Shown here: piece after piece, positions 36,812 to 51,129 of the stretch | How the letters are laid out: the number at the start of each line of letters is the position of its first letter | Numbering within the stretch: the stretch's first letter is position 1 | DNA from: Carcharhinus amblyrhynchos | Lineage: Eukaryota | Assembly (NCBI GenBank): GCA_965287045.1 | Contig: OZ336874.1 | Span: 47,926,001-47,990,000, forward strand | Reading direction: 5' to 3' | Length of the DNA: 64,000 nt | Notes under the pieces: generated by a model | Databases searched by the model: none | What the model was told of the DNA's origin: nothing | What the model saw: the letters and a program-made list of their open reading frames with translations, nothing else | Translations under genes and position numbers: made by a program

Positions 36812-39800
36812 ACTTTTTTATTTCTTCATGGAATGTGAGCATCAGTGATAAAGCCAATATTTATTGCCCATGCCTAATTGTCTCTAAGAAGGTTGTGGTG
36901 AGCCACCTTCTTGAACCGCTGCTGTGCTCCTAGTGCTGATAGGAAGAGAATTCCAGGATTTTGACCCAGTGACATTGAAGGTACAACAGTATAGATCCAG
37001 TTAGGATGGTGAGTGGCTTGGAGGGGAACTTGCCAGAGGTGATGTTCTCATGCATCTGCAGTCCTTGTCCTTCTAGAATCTAGGTAATAGAGGTCATAGG
37101 TTTGGAAGGTGTTGTTGAAGGACTTTGGTGAATTGCGGCAGTGATCTCGAATATAAGAACATAAGAACATAAGAAATAGGAGCAGGAGTAGGCCATCTAG
37201 CCCTTCGAGCCTGCCCCGCCATTCAATAAGATCATGGCTGATCTGTTGTGGCTCAGTTCCACTTTCCCGCCCTCTCCCCATAACCCTTAATCCCCTCTCT
37301 TATCAAGAACCCATCAACCCGCTTCTTAAAAATATTTAGCGAGGCAGCCTCCACCACTTCAACGGGCAGAGAATTCCAGAGATTCACCACCCTTTGAGTG
37401 AAGAAGTTCCTCCTCAACTCCGTTCTAAACCGCCTCCCCTTTATCTTGAGGCTGTGCCCCCTAGTCCTACTGTCTTTTTTGAGCGGGAAGAGTCTCTCCA
37501 CCTCTATCCTATCCATCCCATTCATCATCTTATACGTCTCAATGAGATCTCCCCTCATTCTTCTAAACTCTAACGAGTACAAGCCTAGTTTATTCAGCCT
37601 CTCCTCATAGTTCAATCCCCTCAACTCCGGTATCAGCCTAGTAAACCTCCTCTGCACTCCTTCCAGGGCCAAAATATCCTTGCGTAGGTGCGGCGCCCAA
37701 AACTGCACACAGTACTCCAGCTGCGGCCTCACCAATGCCCTATACAGCTGCAGCAAGACCTCCCTACTTTTATATTCAATCCCCCTCGCTATGAAGGCCA
37801 GCATCCCATTCGCCTTCCTGACCACCTGCTGCACCTGCAAGCTGGGTTTTTGCGACTCATGCACAAGGACCCCGAGGTCCCTCTGCACCGTCGCCTGCTG
37901 CAGTTTTTCGCCACGTAAGTAATAGTCCTTCCTACCATTCTTCCTACCAAAGTGGACCACCTCACACTTGCCAACATTAAATTCCATTTGCCATTTCCTG
38001 GCCCATTCGCCCAGCCTATCTAGATCCTTCTGCAGACTCTCCACACCCTCCGCACAATTTGCCTTTCCCCCAGTCTTGGTGTCATCAGCAAATTTCGACA
38101 CCCTGCACTCGGTTCCCTCCTCCAGATCATCTATATAAATGGTAAATAGCTGAGGCCCCAGCACCGACCCCTGGGGCACCCCACTAGTCACCAACCGCCA
38201 ATCCGAATAGCACCCATTGACCCCCACTCTCTGCCTCCTATTTGACAACCAATCCTCTATCCACGCTAACACCCTACCCCCAACTCCATGTCCCCTGACC
38301 TTCTGCAATAACCTCTTGTGAGGTACCTTGTCAAACGCCTTCTGAAAATCCAGAAAGACCACATCCACCGGCTCTCCTCTATCCACTGCCCTAGACACAT
38401 CCTCATAGAACTCCAGTAAATTTGTCAGACACGACTTCCCTTTAATGAAACCGTGTTGCGTCTGCTCTATCAAGCAATTCCCTTCAAGATGCCTCGCAAT
38501 TTCCTGCTTAATGACGGATTCTAACATTTTACCTACCACAGACGTTAAACTAACCGGCCTATAATTCCCCGCCTTTTGCCTGGCACCCTTCTTAAACAAC
38601 GGCGTAACATTAGCCGTTTTCCAATCTTCCGGCACTTCCCCGGAATCCAGCGACGTCTGGAAAATAACCACCAAGGCATCCACTATCACCTCCGCCATTT
38701 CTTTCAGAACCCTCGGATGCATTCCATCCGGTCCTGGGGACTTGTCCACAATCAGCCCCTCCAGTCTGTCGAGCACCACCTCTCTAGTAACAGTAATGTC
38801 ATTAAGACCCTCCATTCCTACCACCTTTCCATCGCTAACACCCGGCAAATTATTCACGTCCTCCTCCGTGAAGACAGAAACAAAAAAGTTATTCAAGACC
38901 TTAGCCATATCCCCATCCCCTACCACTAGCTCCCCTTTCTCATCCTCTAAAGGACCAACGTTCACCCTAGCCAGCCTCTTCCTTTTTATATATTTATAAA
39001 AACTCTTGCTATCCTTTTTTATATTAAGTGCTAGCCCAGCCTCATAGCTTCTCCTACCCTCCTTTATCAACTTCTTTGTCAATCTTTGTTGACATTTAAA
39101 CCTTTCCCAATCCTCTTCTCGCCCACTACTCTTAGCTACTCTAAATTCCTCCGCTTTTAATTTAACACTTTCCTTCACCTCCTTCGTTATCCACGGCTTA
39201 TTACCTCTCTTCCTACTGTCCTTTTTAACCATCGGAATAAATTTCTGCTGAGCACCAAGAAAGATCTCCTTAAAGATCCTCCACTGTCACTGTGTGTCAG
39301 TGGTGGAGGGAGTTAAATGTTTGAAGTAGTGGATGAGGTGCCAATCAAGTGGCTGCTTTGTCCAGATGGTGTTGAGTTTCTTGAGTGTTATTGGAGCTGC
39401 ACTCGTCCAGGCATTTGGAGAGTATTTCATCCCACTCCTGACTTGTGCCTTGTAGATGATGGGCAGGCTTTGGTGAGTCAGGAAATTACTCATCTCTGAA
39501 TTCTCAGTGTCCAATCTCCTCTGGTAGCCATGTGGCTGGTCCAGTTCAGTTTCTGCTCAATGGTAATCCCTGTGATGTGGATAGTGGGAGATTCAGCCAA
39601 GTTAATGCCATTGAATGTCATGGAGTGATATTTAGTTTTTCTTGTTGACGATGATCATTGCCTGATATTTGTGTGGCTTGAATGTCACTTGCCACTTGGC
39701 AGTTGAAGTCTTGTTGCGTAAGGACATTGACTCCTTCAATATCTGAGGAGTTGGAAATGATGCTGACCATTGTGTAATCATAAGCAAATATCCACTTTCC

Positions 39801-40500
39801 TGACATTTTGAGGAGGAAAAGCAACTGATGAAGCAACTGAAAATGGTTGAGACAAGGACAATACACCGAATTCCTGCAGTGATGCCCTGGAACTGAGATG
39901 ATTGATTTCCAACAATTACAATCATCTTCCTTTATGCTAGGTATGATTCCTGTTAGTGGAGATTTTCCCCCTGATTTCCATTGACTTTGATTTGCCAGGT
40001 CCCTCTGATGCCACGTTTGGTCAAATGCATTGAAGTCAAAGGCAATCACTCTTACCTCACCTCTTGACTTCAACTCTTTCGTCTGTGTCTGGACCAAGGC
40101 TGTAAGAAGCACAGGAGCCAAGTACCCATGGCGGAACCCAAACCGAGTATCAGTGAGCAGGTTATTGCTGGGTAAGTGCCACTTGATAGTAGTGTCAGTG
40201 ACACCTTCCATCACTTTGCTGATGATCAAGAGTAGGCTGATGAGCCTAATGACATAAGCAAAGTGACAGAAGATGGATTGGATTTGTCCTGCTTTGTATG
40301 TACGAGACATACCTGGGCAATTTTCCACATTGTCCAGTTAATGCCAGTGTCGTAGCTGTACTAGAGCAGCTTGACCAGTGGTGCAGCTATTTCTGGAGCA
40401 CAAGATTTCAGCATGATTGTCGGAATATTGTCAGAACCCCTAGTCTCTTTTCTCCATCTTCCTCTACGCAGCAAGATTCTATATCTGGAATTCCATTGAG
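36812..40500 (-). mobile_element. Older non-LTR LINE (CR1/L2-group family B), split by a young CR1 insertion
   Basis: ORF 39618..40328 contains ISLLLIISKVMEGV..FGFRHGY..VIAFDFNAFDQTWHQ (RT motifs). The 3' part is at 36812-37150, colinear with the + copy at 46205-47125. Confidence 0.85.
37153..39287 (-). mobile_element. Young 5'-truncated CR1 LINE with uninterrupted ORF2 (RT)
   Basis: 659-aa ORF 37253..39232 with KSPGPDG, NYRPVSLTS, QHGF, LDFQKAFDKV, GVPQGSVLGP and KFADD. The frame stays open to the truncation point; CpG-rich; (ttcttatg)n tail. Confidence 0.97.
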
Positions 40501-41109
40501 TTTTTCCAATCATATGCCACCTGTTTGGTGGAAGAGATGGTGAAAATGGTTGTTTACCTTGATTCAATTCATTGTAGCTTCCTGAGATTTAGAAATACCC
40601 TCCTATTTTTGTGTTGTTGATTAGATTGTTTAATAACAATACATGATCAGAGCTAAGTTTTAGGGACAGGAATCTTACGGTCCTTTGCATACTGTGGCAA
40701 CTGTAATTCTTCAGATGATGGTTGAGTTGCCAAACCTTGTTCAATTTGATGCTTCAGTAGCACTGTGTGTTTCACTGGTGTATGGAAACTATTTAAAATG
40801 CATGTTGAGTAAAAATACTGCGAGGACTGTCATACGTTGAGTGAGGACAATAATATTTAGTATGTACAAAAACAAACATGCTTTTAGTTATCATCTAACA
40901 ATGCCTTCATTGTTTTCTTGTCATTCTGAGTTGGAATCATTTCCCCAGGTAACTGAGAAGGACTGACACAATCAATAAAGTATTGCTGGAAAAACTCGAG
41001 AATATTAGAGTGGCAGCTCATCTGCTGCAAAATATCTTTCAGGCTGATGAGCAGTAACTGTCTGCCAGAGAAATACAGACATCTCCAGAGAGGAGAGAGG
41101 GTATGGCAT

Positions 41110-41410
41110 TCCCCAAATAGTGCATTGAGAGTTAGTGAATACAATATTTAAAATTCTATACCGTCCCTAGTTAGGACACATAGCAAATTAAAGGAGAGCA
41201 TAATCCTCCCCTCTACAATGCATTGCTCACTCTAGTGCTTGTGAACTTTTGGAATTCCCGAGTCCAGAAAGTCGTGGATGCTCAGTCATTGATGCTAGAT
41301 AGAGGTTGATAGATTTTGGGTTCTTAAGAGTGAAGGGTTATAAGGATAATGCAGGAAAGCGGAATTGAGATAGGAGGTGAGCCATGATTTTGCTGAATGG
41401 TGGATCAAGA
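41110..41410 (+). mobile_element. Decayed CR1 LINE 3' end
   Basis: gtgaacttttggaattcc..ccagaaagtcgtggatgct..gccatgattttgctgaatgg. Confidence 0.6.
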
Positions 41411-44400
41411 TTTTACAATGGATGGGTGATCTACAATGCCAAGTTAACAGGCCAGTGGTGAAGGTGAATGATATTACCCCCCCCGTTTTTGTAAGAAACC
41501 TTACGATATCTCAGAAACACTTGTGCAGTGCATAACTTTGAAGTAATTGTTACTTGAGCAAAAATGTTTCATTGTCAAGTAAAACTGTTAACAACAATAG
41601 ATGAATGTTAATTATGAAGTTAATTTCCCCTCCAGGCTCTTTAATTTTCTGTAAAATTTGTCATCTTTAGCGACTATTTGTAATTGCCCTTTGTACAACT
41701 CAGCAAGTGTATCTAGTAACGGAACCATACAAGCCAAGGTTGACCCAGGTTTGATTCCCAGCCTGTGCTAAATTAGCAATCTGAACTAAGAGAACAGTGG
41801 GATTTGTAAAATTGCTCATCCATTCATATTTTCTATCAAAGAATTGACAATGGGTTTGATTTTCATGAGGAAATGTTTGAATCTTTACCCATAATATAGT
41901 GCAGTTGCAGCAAGTGTCAAATTAGCCTTTCAATACCCAAAAGCACTTTGCATCAGATTTTTATATCGGATTTGGTCCTATTCAGCCAGAATCTTAAAAA
42001 TTCGGACTCCATTCAATTTTAAACCAGTGGCTGGGATTAGGATAAAAAATAATAGTTAGTTCTGAATACTATGCTTATTTGAAAAAACAAGCTATGGGAA
42101 AAGATTTCCTCTGTCTAGAAGATGCAAAAAAATCGTAAACCTATTTTTTTTAAGTGAACCCATAGAGTGGGGAAGGAGACATTTTGTAAACAGCATGCAG
42201 TTCCCAGTGGCATAATTGGAAATGTGTGCCATTTCCACTCTCTCTTGTCACTTTCCTCATGGTCACAATTAAAAATTTAGGAGCAGGTAGCAGTCTTGGG
42301 GAACGCATGGAATTCAAGGGTGCGGGATACTTTTCAGTGTGAAATCTGTTGCCAGTGGACAATACTGCAGCTACGGGCAAGCTATAAAAGTGCCAGCTGG
42401 TCAAATAGGGAGGCTCTGCATTCAGGCAAAAATGTTCCTGCCCCATCCCATTGCCATTGACATAAGACTTGGGACACAAAGGTGGCATGGATATTGTTCA
42501 AATTTAACTTTCACTTGTAAATGTTTCACTTTATGCACATGCGCATCGTTGTTAATTGTGGAGATGTTGTGTTTTTTTTGGTTCACTCTTCATTTGAATG
42601 TTCATGTCAATGTCCAGTGTTAACCCTCCCCAAAGATGCACTGAGGAATCCCTCAGAATTCCCAACATACTGACTTGCTGGGAACAGTCAACGAGTTTGT
42701 ATTTCCAATGGGCAATCTCCCTATTCCCTAGGGCCCTTCAAAAAGTTTTCCAACTCTGATACCAGAGTTGGAGACCAGACAGTTCTGACTTACTTATCTG
42801 GATAGTTACACAGGAGACATTAGACAGATTAAGATCAGCCTAACTATGTGTAACTATACAACTGACCTCCCAGATCATCCACTATGCTTCCCCTACACAA
42901 CACTCCACCCCACTAGCACCCTATCCCTTTATTCAACCTACCCCTTTAGCCACTTACCACTCTACCTCCTTACCTGTTTATCCATCCTGCTACCTTACCC
43001 ACTCTACTGCCACACCCAACTTTTCCACCTCACCCACCCTATTCCCTCAATCAACCCCCTTACTCACTCACCACCTCGCCATAGCTTTTGGGATATTTAA
43101 ACTCTTTACTGAAGAGAATGTGGCAGCTAGTGCCATAAAAAGGATTGTAGCTTCTGCACAAATGCCCTTCACTGATGTCGCCAAGGTTTCCTGCGCTGAG
43201 TTAGTCAGGAAGGATCTTCCTTCGGAAACTTGCCCAATAGAGCAAGAGGAAGGTAAGTGCCTATTATTTTGTCTGATTAGGGTTGGAACCAGGAGTTCTG
43301 ATCCTGACAGGAAGTTTTGGGCCCATGAATAGTTAAACTGACTTAATGGGGTATGTGAAGAGCATTTTTGTTCTGTTGAGTAACATGGTATTGTAGATAG
43401 TTAAAAGAACTTGTTTCTATGGAAACTAAACCTCAGTACAAGGTCTGTTACTGCAGAAAAAATGGGTAATGTATATTGATTGATGGTAGATTGGCTGTGT
43501 AATTACTACCTCAGTCCAAAACTTTTGTGTTTCTTTAACAGTAATCAAATTCTGTCTAGACTTAAATAACAGCAGATTATTTTCAAATCATCTCCTCCTG
43601 GGAACAATAGCTTTTGAAGGACTGTGTAGGCATATTTCATTCTCTTTTTGGTATTGTACGTGACATTTCACTGAAATATTCATACTAGTTTTTTTTGCCA
43701 ATACTGATGTATTCTTATAACTGGCATTTCTCCACAGGAATGATGTTTGTGTAAGGTATTTTAAGTCTTCATATTCCGTATGACTGTAGGTTTGCTAAAC
43801 ACGTTAGTAGCTGGATCTTGGTAGCAATGCTACCAAGTTGTTTTCACCAATGGGTGTTACTTCAATTGAAAGACACAACCATATATTCTAAAAAGCTAAA
43901 TTGAATCCTTATTTATGATAACCACCTAACTAAGCAAGGAGTGAAAATCAAAGGCAAAGCTATCCCTGGGGCACTCATGCATCTTCCAGTAACTGCCACA
44001 TTGCACAGGTATAAAGGACCAAGTGACCTGCTCTTATCCTGTCGGATTGTGTGCACTGAATTGCCCAGGTGGATCGCAGTCCCAGCATCAGGATGAATTC
44101 CGGATTGGGAACCTGGAGGAGTCCATGGCAGAATGATGGACAGGATCTTCCTGGAGCTGGCCAAATAAGAAGCCACCTCCAGGAGCCCTGTCCAATTATG
44201 GATGGTGGTCGGGTATCAGCATCAGGAGATCCAGTCAGCGCCTCTCCCTGGAGAATGCTTCTGGCTGCCTTTGCACTGCGACCATCAGCCAGAGTGGCAA
44301 TGGCATCATGGAGGCACAGTCACTGGGAGGGGGTGGTTGTATTGAATCAGGGCAAGCGTTAGCAGAGACATCAGCCTCTGTAAAGTGGTAGCAAGAACAT

Positions 44401-46204
44401 GTCTGCCGCCTGGGGACAAACCTCCTTTGCGAATTACTGCTGGCAGATAAATTTAAACCCTCAAATGAGTCACAACTCAGACCTCTGGCTGCGAAGTTGG
44501 CCCCTTACACAACAGAAAAATCTTTGTGGCCTAGAAAATTGAAAGTAAGAGGCTCATTACCACCCTTAATTGGATTGCCATTACTGGTGGCAGTTATGCG
44601 CTAGTCTGCCTTCGAGAATAGTGCTAGATGGCAGCAGACTGTCAGGAAGCTGACCCGGGCATCTTCCCAAACTTCCTCAGGCCCCCATCTCCAAAATCGC
44701 TTCCCTGGGCCGAGATACATTCTGTTCAATAATTCTATTGCATCTGCAGTTGACCCCTGACTGCTCCTCTTTTATGAAGCAATTGTAGAGGTGATAAGCC
44801 CACCTCAGTTCAGATATTCAGCTTGGCTACTCAAACGCTGGCAAACCTTTTGAACTCTGAGCTAAATGAGGATATGTATAAATGCAATCTGAATCATCGG
44901 CACAAGTCAAAACTTGACTTGGCTCGCAAGCATTTTGCTGAGTTTTGCAGTTGCATTGGAATTCCCTGTCCAGTGTACAATTTCCCTTTTGTGAGACTAA
45001 AAGGAACAAAGCTTGGTTTTACCCATCAAAGTAACCCAAACTCTGGTGCACTCACATTTCTGGCTTGGGTACATGCTTCTCCTGAGGCTGTTGCATGTTT
45101 CTGTAAGACCGCGGTGTGTGTGGAAGTAGGAACAATGTAACTCTTGATCTTGTATTTTTTTTGAGAGAAAGTGCCATCTTCTAATCTGTCAATTCAGATT
45201 TTTATCTTATATGACAAGGATCTGGTAAACTGCCAACAGCAGTGTCCAATTTGAGTTAGTTTATTAAGTTGTTAATAGCCTCCAAGTTTCTAGCAGAACA
45301 GCTACATAGTCAGTTTTCTATCTTTCTTGAAGATGTTAGGGGGATATTTGTTCACACGATATTCAAACTTGGGTTGACCCCCCAATGTGTGCCATTGCCT
45401 TCTCCACACAGCGTTTTTCATTGATTTGCTAGAATCGGCGCTATGCAAATGAATTTCTACTTTACTGCACTGACTTGGTTTCCCAAGTGTCTGAATGGCA
45501 GCAGATACCCACAGAGGGATTTCAACTCACGTCTATTCTGTTATCATCCCACTGCAGAGACACAGGGCTGAAGTTTCACCAGGGAGGCGGGAAACAGGTT
45601 CCTGTCCAATTGAGGGTGGCAGGATAGAACAAGAGGGTGGCGGGCACTTCAATAAGTAGGCCCCCAGTAATCCTGCCTGGAGCACTGGCACGCCCGCCTG
45701 CCACTGGGTCCTCACCTTGAGGTGGTTGATCTGTTGGGAAACTGGATACCGCCGTGATCCCTGCTCAGCAAAATTCCCAACAAATCTAATTGCCTGTCCA
45801 CCTAATGGCTGCAATAGCCAAAATGGTCATCATTGAGAATGGGGTCAGGAAGCCAGGGTGCCAGCCAACCTTGTAATTTTCAGGCTCCATTCAATATTGG
45901 TAGGGTATGGAAATCCAGTCCCTGCAACCTTATATCAGATTGTAAATTTCCAGAGTAGTGGTCAGGACCAGAGACCCTGGCTGATCTTTTCCCCTGCATA
46001 CCCCAGGATGTTGTCGCAGTGCAACATCTTCTAAGAATTTTTCACGGGATAAATGTGATCTTTTAAAACCGGAGTATATTCCTGCCAATAAAAATTGTGT
46101 TTGAAATGCTATTTAGGGATGCTAATGCAGTAACTAGTTGTTTCCTCACACAAAAGTTTATGATCTGTTTAAATTAAAGGACAAAAACAATTATCCATAT
46201 ACTT

Positions 46205-47125
46205 CATGATCGGGACAACATTCAGGCTTGGGCTGATAAGTGGTGATTAACATTTATGCCAGGCACTGAGCATTGAGAAAGATTCTAACCAAGAATCTAA
46301 CATGCAGTGGCATTACCATCATTGAATCTCACTGTATCAACATCCTGAACATTGACCAAAAGCAATAGTAACAATGTGCAGATGTATAGGGAAAAGGGAT
46401 GAGAATTACACTAAGCTATAATGTCATCTGGAGATCCATGCAGACACAATGGACTAAATGACCTCCTCCTGTGCCATAACAACTCTGTGATACAGTGAAC
46501 TGAACTGGACCAGCCATATAAATATTATGGCTACAAGAGTAGGTAGGAGGCTGGGAATTCTGCAGTGGGTAATTCACCACCTGACTCCTCAAAGCCTGTC
46601 CACTGAGGCACAAATGTGATGGAATACTCTCCATTTGCTTGAATGATGCAGCCCTGACAAGTCTCAAGACGCTTGGTGCCACCCAGCTCAACACAGCCAG
46701 CTTGACTGGCACAGCATCCACTAACTTAAACAGTCACATCCTCCACTTCCGATGCACAATGCCAGCGGGGTGTATCATTTACACAATGCACTGCATGAAC
46801 TCACCAAGGCTGCTTCAACAGCACCTTCCAAACCTGTGACCTCTTCCCACCTAGAAGGACAAGGCAGCAGATGCATGGTAACACTGCTAATTGGAAGTTC
46901 CCCTCCAAGTCTCACACCACCCTGATCTAATCTTTATCAATGTTCCTTCACTGTTGTTGGGTCAGAATGCTGGAATTCCCTTCCAAACAGCACTGTGTGT
47001 GCACCTACACTATATGCACTGCAGCAGTTCAAAAAGGCAACTCACCACCATCTTCGCAGGGCAATCAAGGACAGGTAATAAATGCTGGTCTAGCCAGACT
47101 AATCCCACATAAGAATAAATAAAGA
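46205..47125 (+). mobile_element. LINE family B 3' fragment with a nested CR1 tail (~46365-46495)
   Basis: Colinear with the reverse complement of 36812-37150 plus 39288-39700; ends ctcaccaccatcttcgcagggcaatc..aataaatgctgg. Confidence 0.8.
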
Positions 47126-47740
47126 AACGTCCTCTTCAAATTTGCCTTTGTCCCAAACTTGAGCTTTAATACTTGGTGTTTACTGTTTGTCTCAGTTGTC
47201 ACATTTTGAGATGTGCTTTGCCATTTGAGAATTGCTATCAAAATGGAAATTTGCTCTTGTTGTTTATTAAGATGAAAAAGTCCACTGCTAGAACCAAAAT
47301 TATGGACATTTCAGAATTTTTATCCCAGATCATTGGTTTGCTTTTTATTCTCATTAAAAAACATCTTCCTGCTAAAATCTGGATTACTATAAGCTAAATG
47401 CAAAACTTGAGATTTCTGCAATAGATTTTATGTTGTGTCTGTAAATATACAATTAACTATACTGATGTTTACCTAAACCATTCATAATAAAAATGAACTT
47501 GTTGGGTGGCAGGTTTTGACATTTCCCTCCCAAGTGATAGTTTTCCAATGATTATGTTTAATATTGTCAGCTATTAACACATGGGTGGCATGATGCACAA
47601 GTCTTGTTTTTATTGAGATTTTACTTGCCCTCTTCCACTTATAGTTTCTTTCTCCAGAACCAAAGTGTTTCCCCACCTTTACAATCAAAACAAACATAGT
47701 GGGAGGCAGGTTAAATTTTTCTCAATATTTGTTTGCTCTA

Positions 47741-48129
47741 TTTAATCCCTACAGTGCCAAAAGAATCCATTCAACTCATCGAGCCTGTCCCACCCAGACC
47801 CTATCCCCGTAACTGCATGTATTTACCCTACTTATCTTTCTGACACTAAGGGCAATTTAGTATGGCCAATCAACGTAACCTGCACATCTTTGGACTCTGG
47901 GAGGAAACTGGAGCACCTGGAGGAAACCTACGCAGACATGGGGAGAATGTGTAACTCCTCACAGACTGTCACCGAGGCCAGAATTGAACCTGGGTTCGTG
48001 GTACTGTGAGGCAGCAATGCTAACCATTGTGCCATCGTGCCACCCAAGTCTACCCTCTGGTGTGGTGGAAATTTTGAAGCACTTATTTCATATTTAATTT
48101 CATTCCCTTTATCTTTTTCAAGCCTCTTG
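47741..48129 (-). mobile_element. HE1/V-SINE plus ~85 bp of copied 5' flank, bounded by a 16-bp TSD
   Basis: atatttgtttgctcta at 47725-47740 and 48130-48145; the insert matches 53332-53727. Confidence 0.9.
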
Positions 48130-48236
48130 ATATTTGTTTGCTCTAATTATTCACAGAAGTGAACAGCCATGACTTTGTGAATTTTCAACATTTTACAGAA
48201 CGAAAACTGTTTTAATTTTTAATTTTATTTCTGCAG

Positions 48237-48372
48237 GAGAAAGAAAAACCCTTGTGACTTGTACAAAAATCATGAGCAAAACTACAACTATTGTAGACAA
48301 TAGAAAATGCAAACAGCTGAAAAAACCTGAATCACTGGTACGCAAGTGCAATCAACAGCCGTGTCAGACCAG
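48237..48372 (+). CDS. ADAMTS19: ADAMTS19 internal exon (TSR)
   Basis: Not in the ORF track. Acceptor tttctgcag|GA and donor CAG|gtaata; 136 nt. Encodes (G)ERKTLVTCTKIMSKTTTIVDNRKCKQLKKPESLVRKCNQQPCQT(R); phases fit both neighbouring exons. Confidence 0.93.
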
Positions 48373-48427
48373 GTAATAAATATAATGCATATCAATCTGT
48401 AGAAGGGTTATGTGAACTTGAAACATT

Positions 48428-48560
48428 AAGGGGAGGAATTTTCCCGTACTATCCTTAACGAGAATCGTTGCAGGCAGGGAGTAGCCCATGCAAAGTTCCG
48501 CTTTGACCTCGAGTGGGATTTTTTGGTTTTGGAGTGAGCATGGCTGAAAAATCCCACCCT
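48428..48560. mobile_element. ~130-bp MITE
   Basis: Inverted ends gggaggaattttc / aaaaatcccaccc; sibling copy at 63417-63546. Confidence 0.6.
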
Positions 48561-49984
48561 AACTGTGTTTCTCTCTCCACAGAAGCTGCCAGACATGCTG
48601 AGTTTAACCAGCATTTTCTATTTTAGTTTCAGATTTCCAGCTGTCACAGTATTTTGCTTTTATATGCGTAGCAATCTATTTCAACTGAAAACATGCGGAG
48701 CATTGCATGTTCTAGTAGAGCAAATATTCACAGACCTTGTTAAACTCGTGAAATAATTATTTCAAATTATTATTATGATGTCAAATGTTTAAAAGCCTTT
48801 AAGTGCTTTACTCCTGATTGGTATCATTTATCATGTACAGTTCTGCTGGCTCTGTCTCACCAATAATAAATATTGGTGAATTCTGTATCTTGGGTGCCCC
48901 TTCAATTTGATGATGCATACAGAATATCTTGGCGTGATTACAAACCATTGACCTCATCAGTAATCAAATAGCTAATATCAAAGGCTACAACAGTAAAACT
49001 TGAGTAGTTATTAGCCTAAACCTGGGCTTAGAATGCAGCTTTCAAGTCACTCTCTGTTTTGTCCCCTGCTCTGTTTATGGGTAGTTCTCGTGCCTGGACA
49101 GTTGTCAGTGCTGTATGCTTCATGTCTCTGATATGTAGCAGTTTTCACCTAACAACTGACGCGTCAAGACTGCTGGTTTCGCGAATGACCTCCAGTTAAT
49201 TACCAATTATTTTTATGTCTGTGCATTAAGACATACTTCCTGCTGTGTTCATTTAGGGTGGGATTGGTGTTTTGAATCAGCCTGAAATTGTCCAAATGAG
49301 AAAGGGCACATTAAGTTCAAACTGCTGCATACTCAACCAGAACTAGCTCTTTGAAGTTTCTTCAGGATTTTTATTGCCTTACCCCAAAATATATATCACT
49401 GGTTAGAAAGCAAACAAAAGAGCTGAAGTAGCAGGTTCATGGCAAAGTACGCTGATGAAAGTAAAGTATCTCTAAATAATTTCCACTTCACTTGGTTTCT
49501 ATGGCACTTCATCCCATAGTTTCACAGATCTTGCTTCTCGTTTAACCACAGACTTGACTGTGTACCAAATGGCTAGTTAGCTTGCTCATTTCTTCTAACA
49601 TACCAACATGCTACAGTTTGGATTGTGGGTAAAAGCCACAAGATGCACTCATCATTTCTGATGTCAATGATCAAGAGACACCAGAGAACGTGTTTCCACA
49701 AGCTGCGAGAGAAAGTTGTTAACTTTATTTCTGGCTGTCCTTTTTTTAATGCTTGAAAAATGCTGGCTCCACAAAAGTACTGCAAGCCGCTGCCAGACAA
49801 GGCTCATATCTCTTTGCTTTGTCTCAGCCTGCATCCCAGGAGGGCCAGATCAGCACTGGAGACAGTCAGATCCCAGCCCCAGTCGCATTGAGACACCCTG
49901 CAGCTCACCATTACTGTCGAAATGAGGTGCAGTGCCAAATCTGTACTTTTGAATGGATCTACCTTATATTAAGTTGAAGTGAAG

Positions 49985-50340
49985 ATGATGGCCTAGTGGT
50001 ATTATCATGAGGCTATTAATCTGAAAACTAAGCTAAAGTTCTGGGGATCCGGGTTTGAATCCCACCATGGCAAATGGTGGAATTTGAATTCAACAAAAAA
50101 TATCTTGAATTAAGATGAAACATTGTTGACTGTTGGAAAAACCCATCTGGTTTCACTTAGGGAAAGAAATCTGCTGTCGTTACCTGATCTGGCCTACATG
50201 TGACTTCAGAACCACAGCAATATGGTTGAATCTCAGATGCCCTCTGAAATGACCCAATAAGCTACACAGTTCAAGGGTAACTTGGGATAGGCAATAAATG
50301 CTGGCCAGCTAGCAACACCCATGTCCTACAAATAAATAAG
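49985..50340 (+). mobile_element. tRNA-derived SINE family 2 (LINE-B-like tail)
   Basis: A box tggcctagtgg, B box gggtttgaatccc, tail ggcaataaatgctggcc shared with LINE family B. Confidence 0.85.
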
Positions 50341-50580
50341 GAGAAATTTCAGATGAGAAGGAATTTCTTTTGCCAGAGGGTGATGAATCTGTGGAAACTG
50401 AGGGCTGTGGAGGCCAGATCATTGAGTGTCTTTACGATGGAGATAGGTTCTCAATCAATAAGGGGATCAAGGATTATGGGGAGAAGGCAGGAGAATGGGG
50501 ATGAGAATCATATCAGCATGATTGAATGGTGGAGCAGACTCAATGGACCAAATGGCCTAATTATGCTCCTATATCATATA
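50341..50580 (+). mobile_element. CR1 LINE 3' end fragment
   Basis: MRRNFFCQRVMNLW..AVEA followed by the tail. Confidence 0.8.
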
Positions 50581-50585
50581 TCATG

Positions 50586-50720
50586 TGGTCAAATAAAAAA
50601 TCTGTATTCTGCACCCTCTCCTTTCCTTCTCCCCTATGTACTCTATGAATGTTTGTATAATGAACAAGAAACACTACTTTTCACTGTATCCCAATACATG
50701 TGACAATAATAAATCGAATC
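50586..50720 (+). mobile_element. LINE 3' tail, Rex1/Babar-like
   Basis: acttttcactgtatcccaatacatgtgacaataataaatcgaatc; the family assignment is from recall. Confidence 0.5.
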
Positions 50721-50934
50721 TGTATGCAAGAATCTGAACTCGAGCATCCTGAATTGACATGGACCATATGTTGAATACCTTTCTTACTTGCTATAACATT
50801 GATATTTTCTGCAGGGTGCAAAATGCGGAAAGAACCTTGATTTTACTGAAGAGCTCAAATCCTCAGAAAGCTAATGCAGCTTTGATTTTTAAATGTGTGT
50901 CCTTAGAACATAATCCATCCATGTAGATATTATT

Positions 50935-51114
50935 ATAGAATAGACTCTACAATACAGAAAGAGGCCATTCGGTCCATTGAACCTTCACGGACAACAATCC
51001 CAGTCAAGCTCTATCTCCATAATGCCACATATTTACCCGCTAATCCCTCTAACCTATGCATCCCAGGACACTAAGGGCAATCTAGCATAGCCAATGCACC
51101 TAGCCCTTTGGACT
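50935..51114 (-). mobile_element. HE1/V-SINE 3' fragment
   Basis: Same tail as the copy at 893-1066. Confidence 0.8.
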
Positions 51115-51129
51115 AACAAATATAAATAC

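Noticed and set aside
37253-39232. Domesticated host reverse transcriptase gene
   Set aside because: It is 5'-truncated, has a LINE tail, is nested in another LINE and has a near-identical sibling; the open frame reflects youth.
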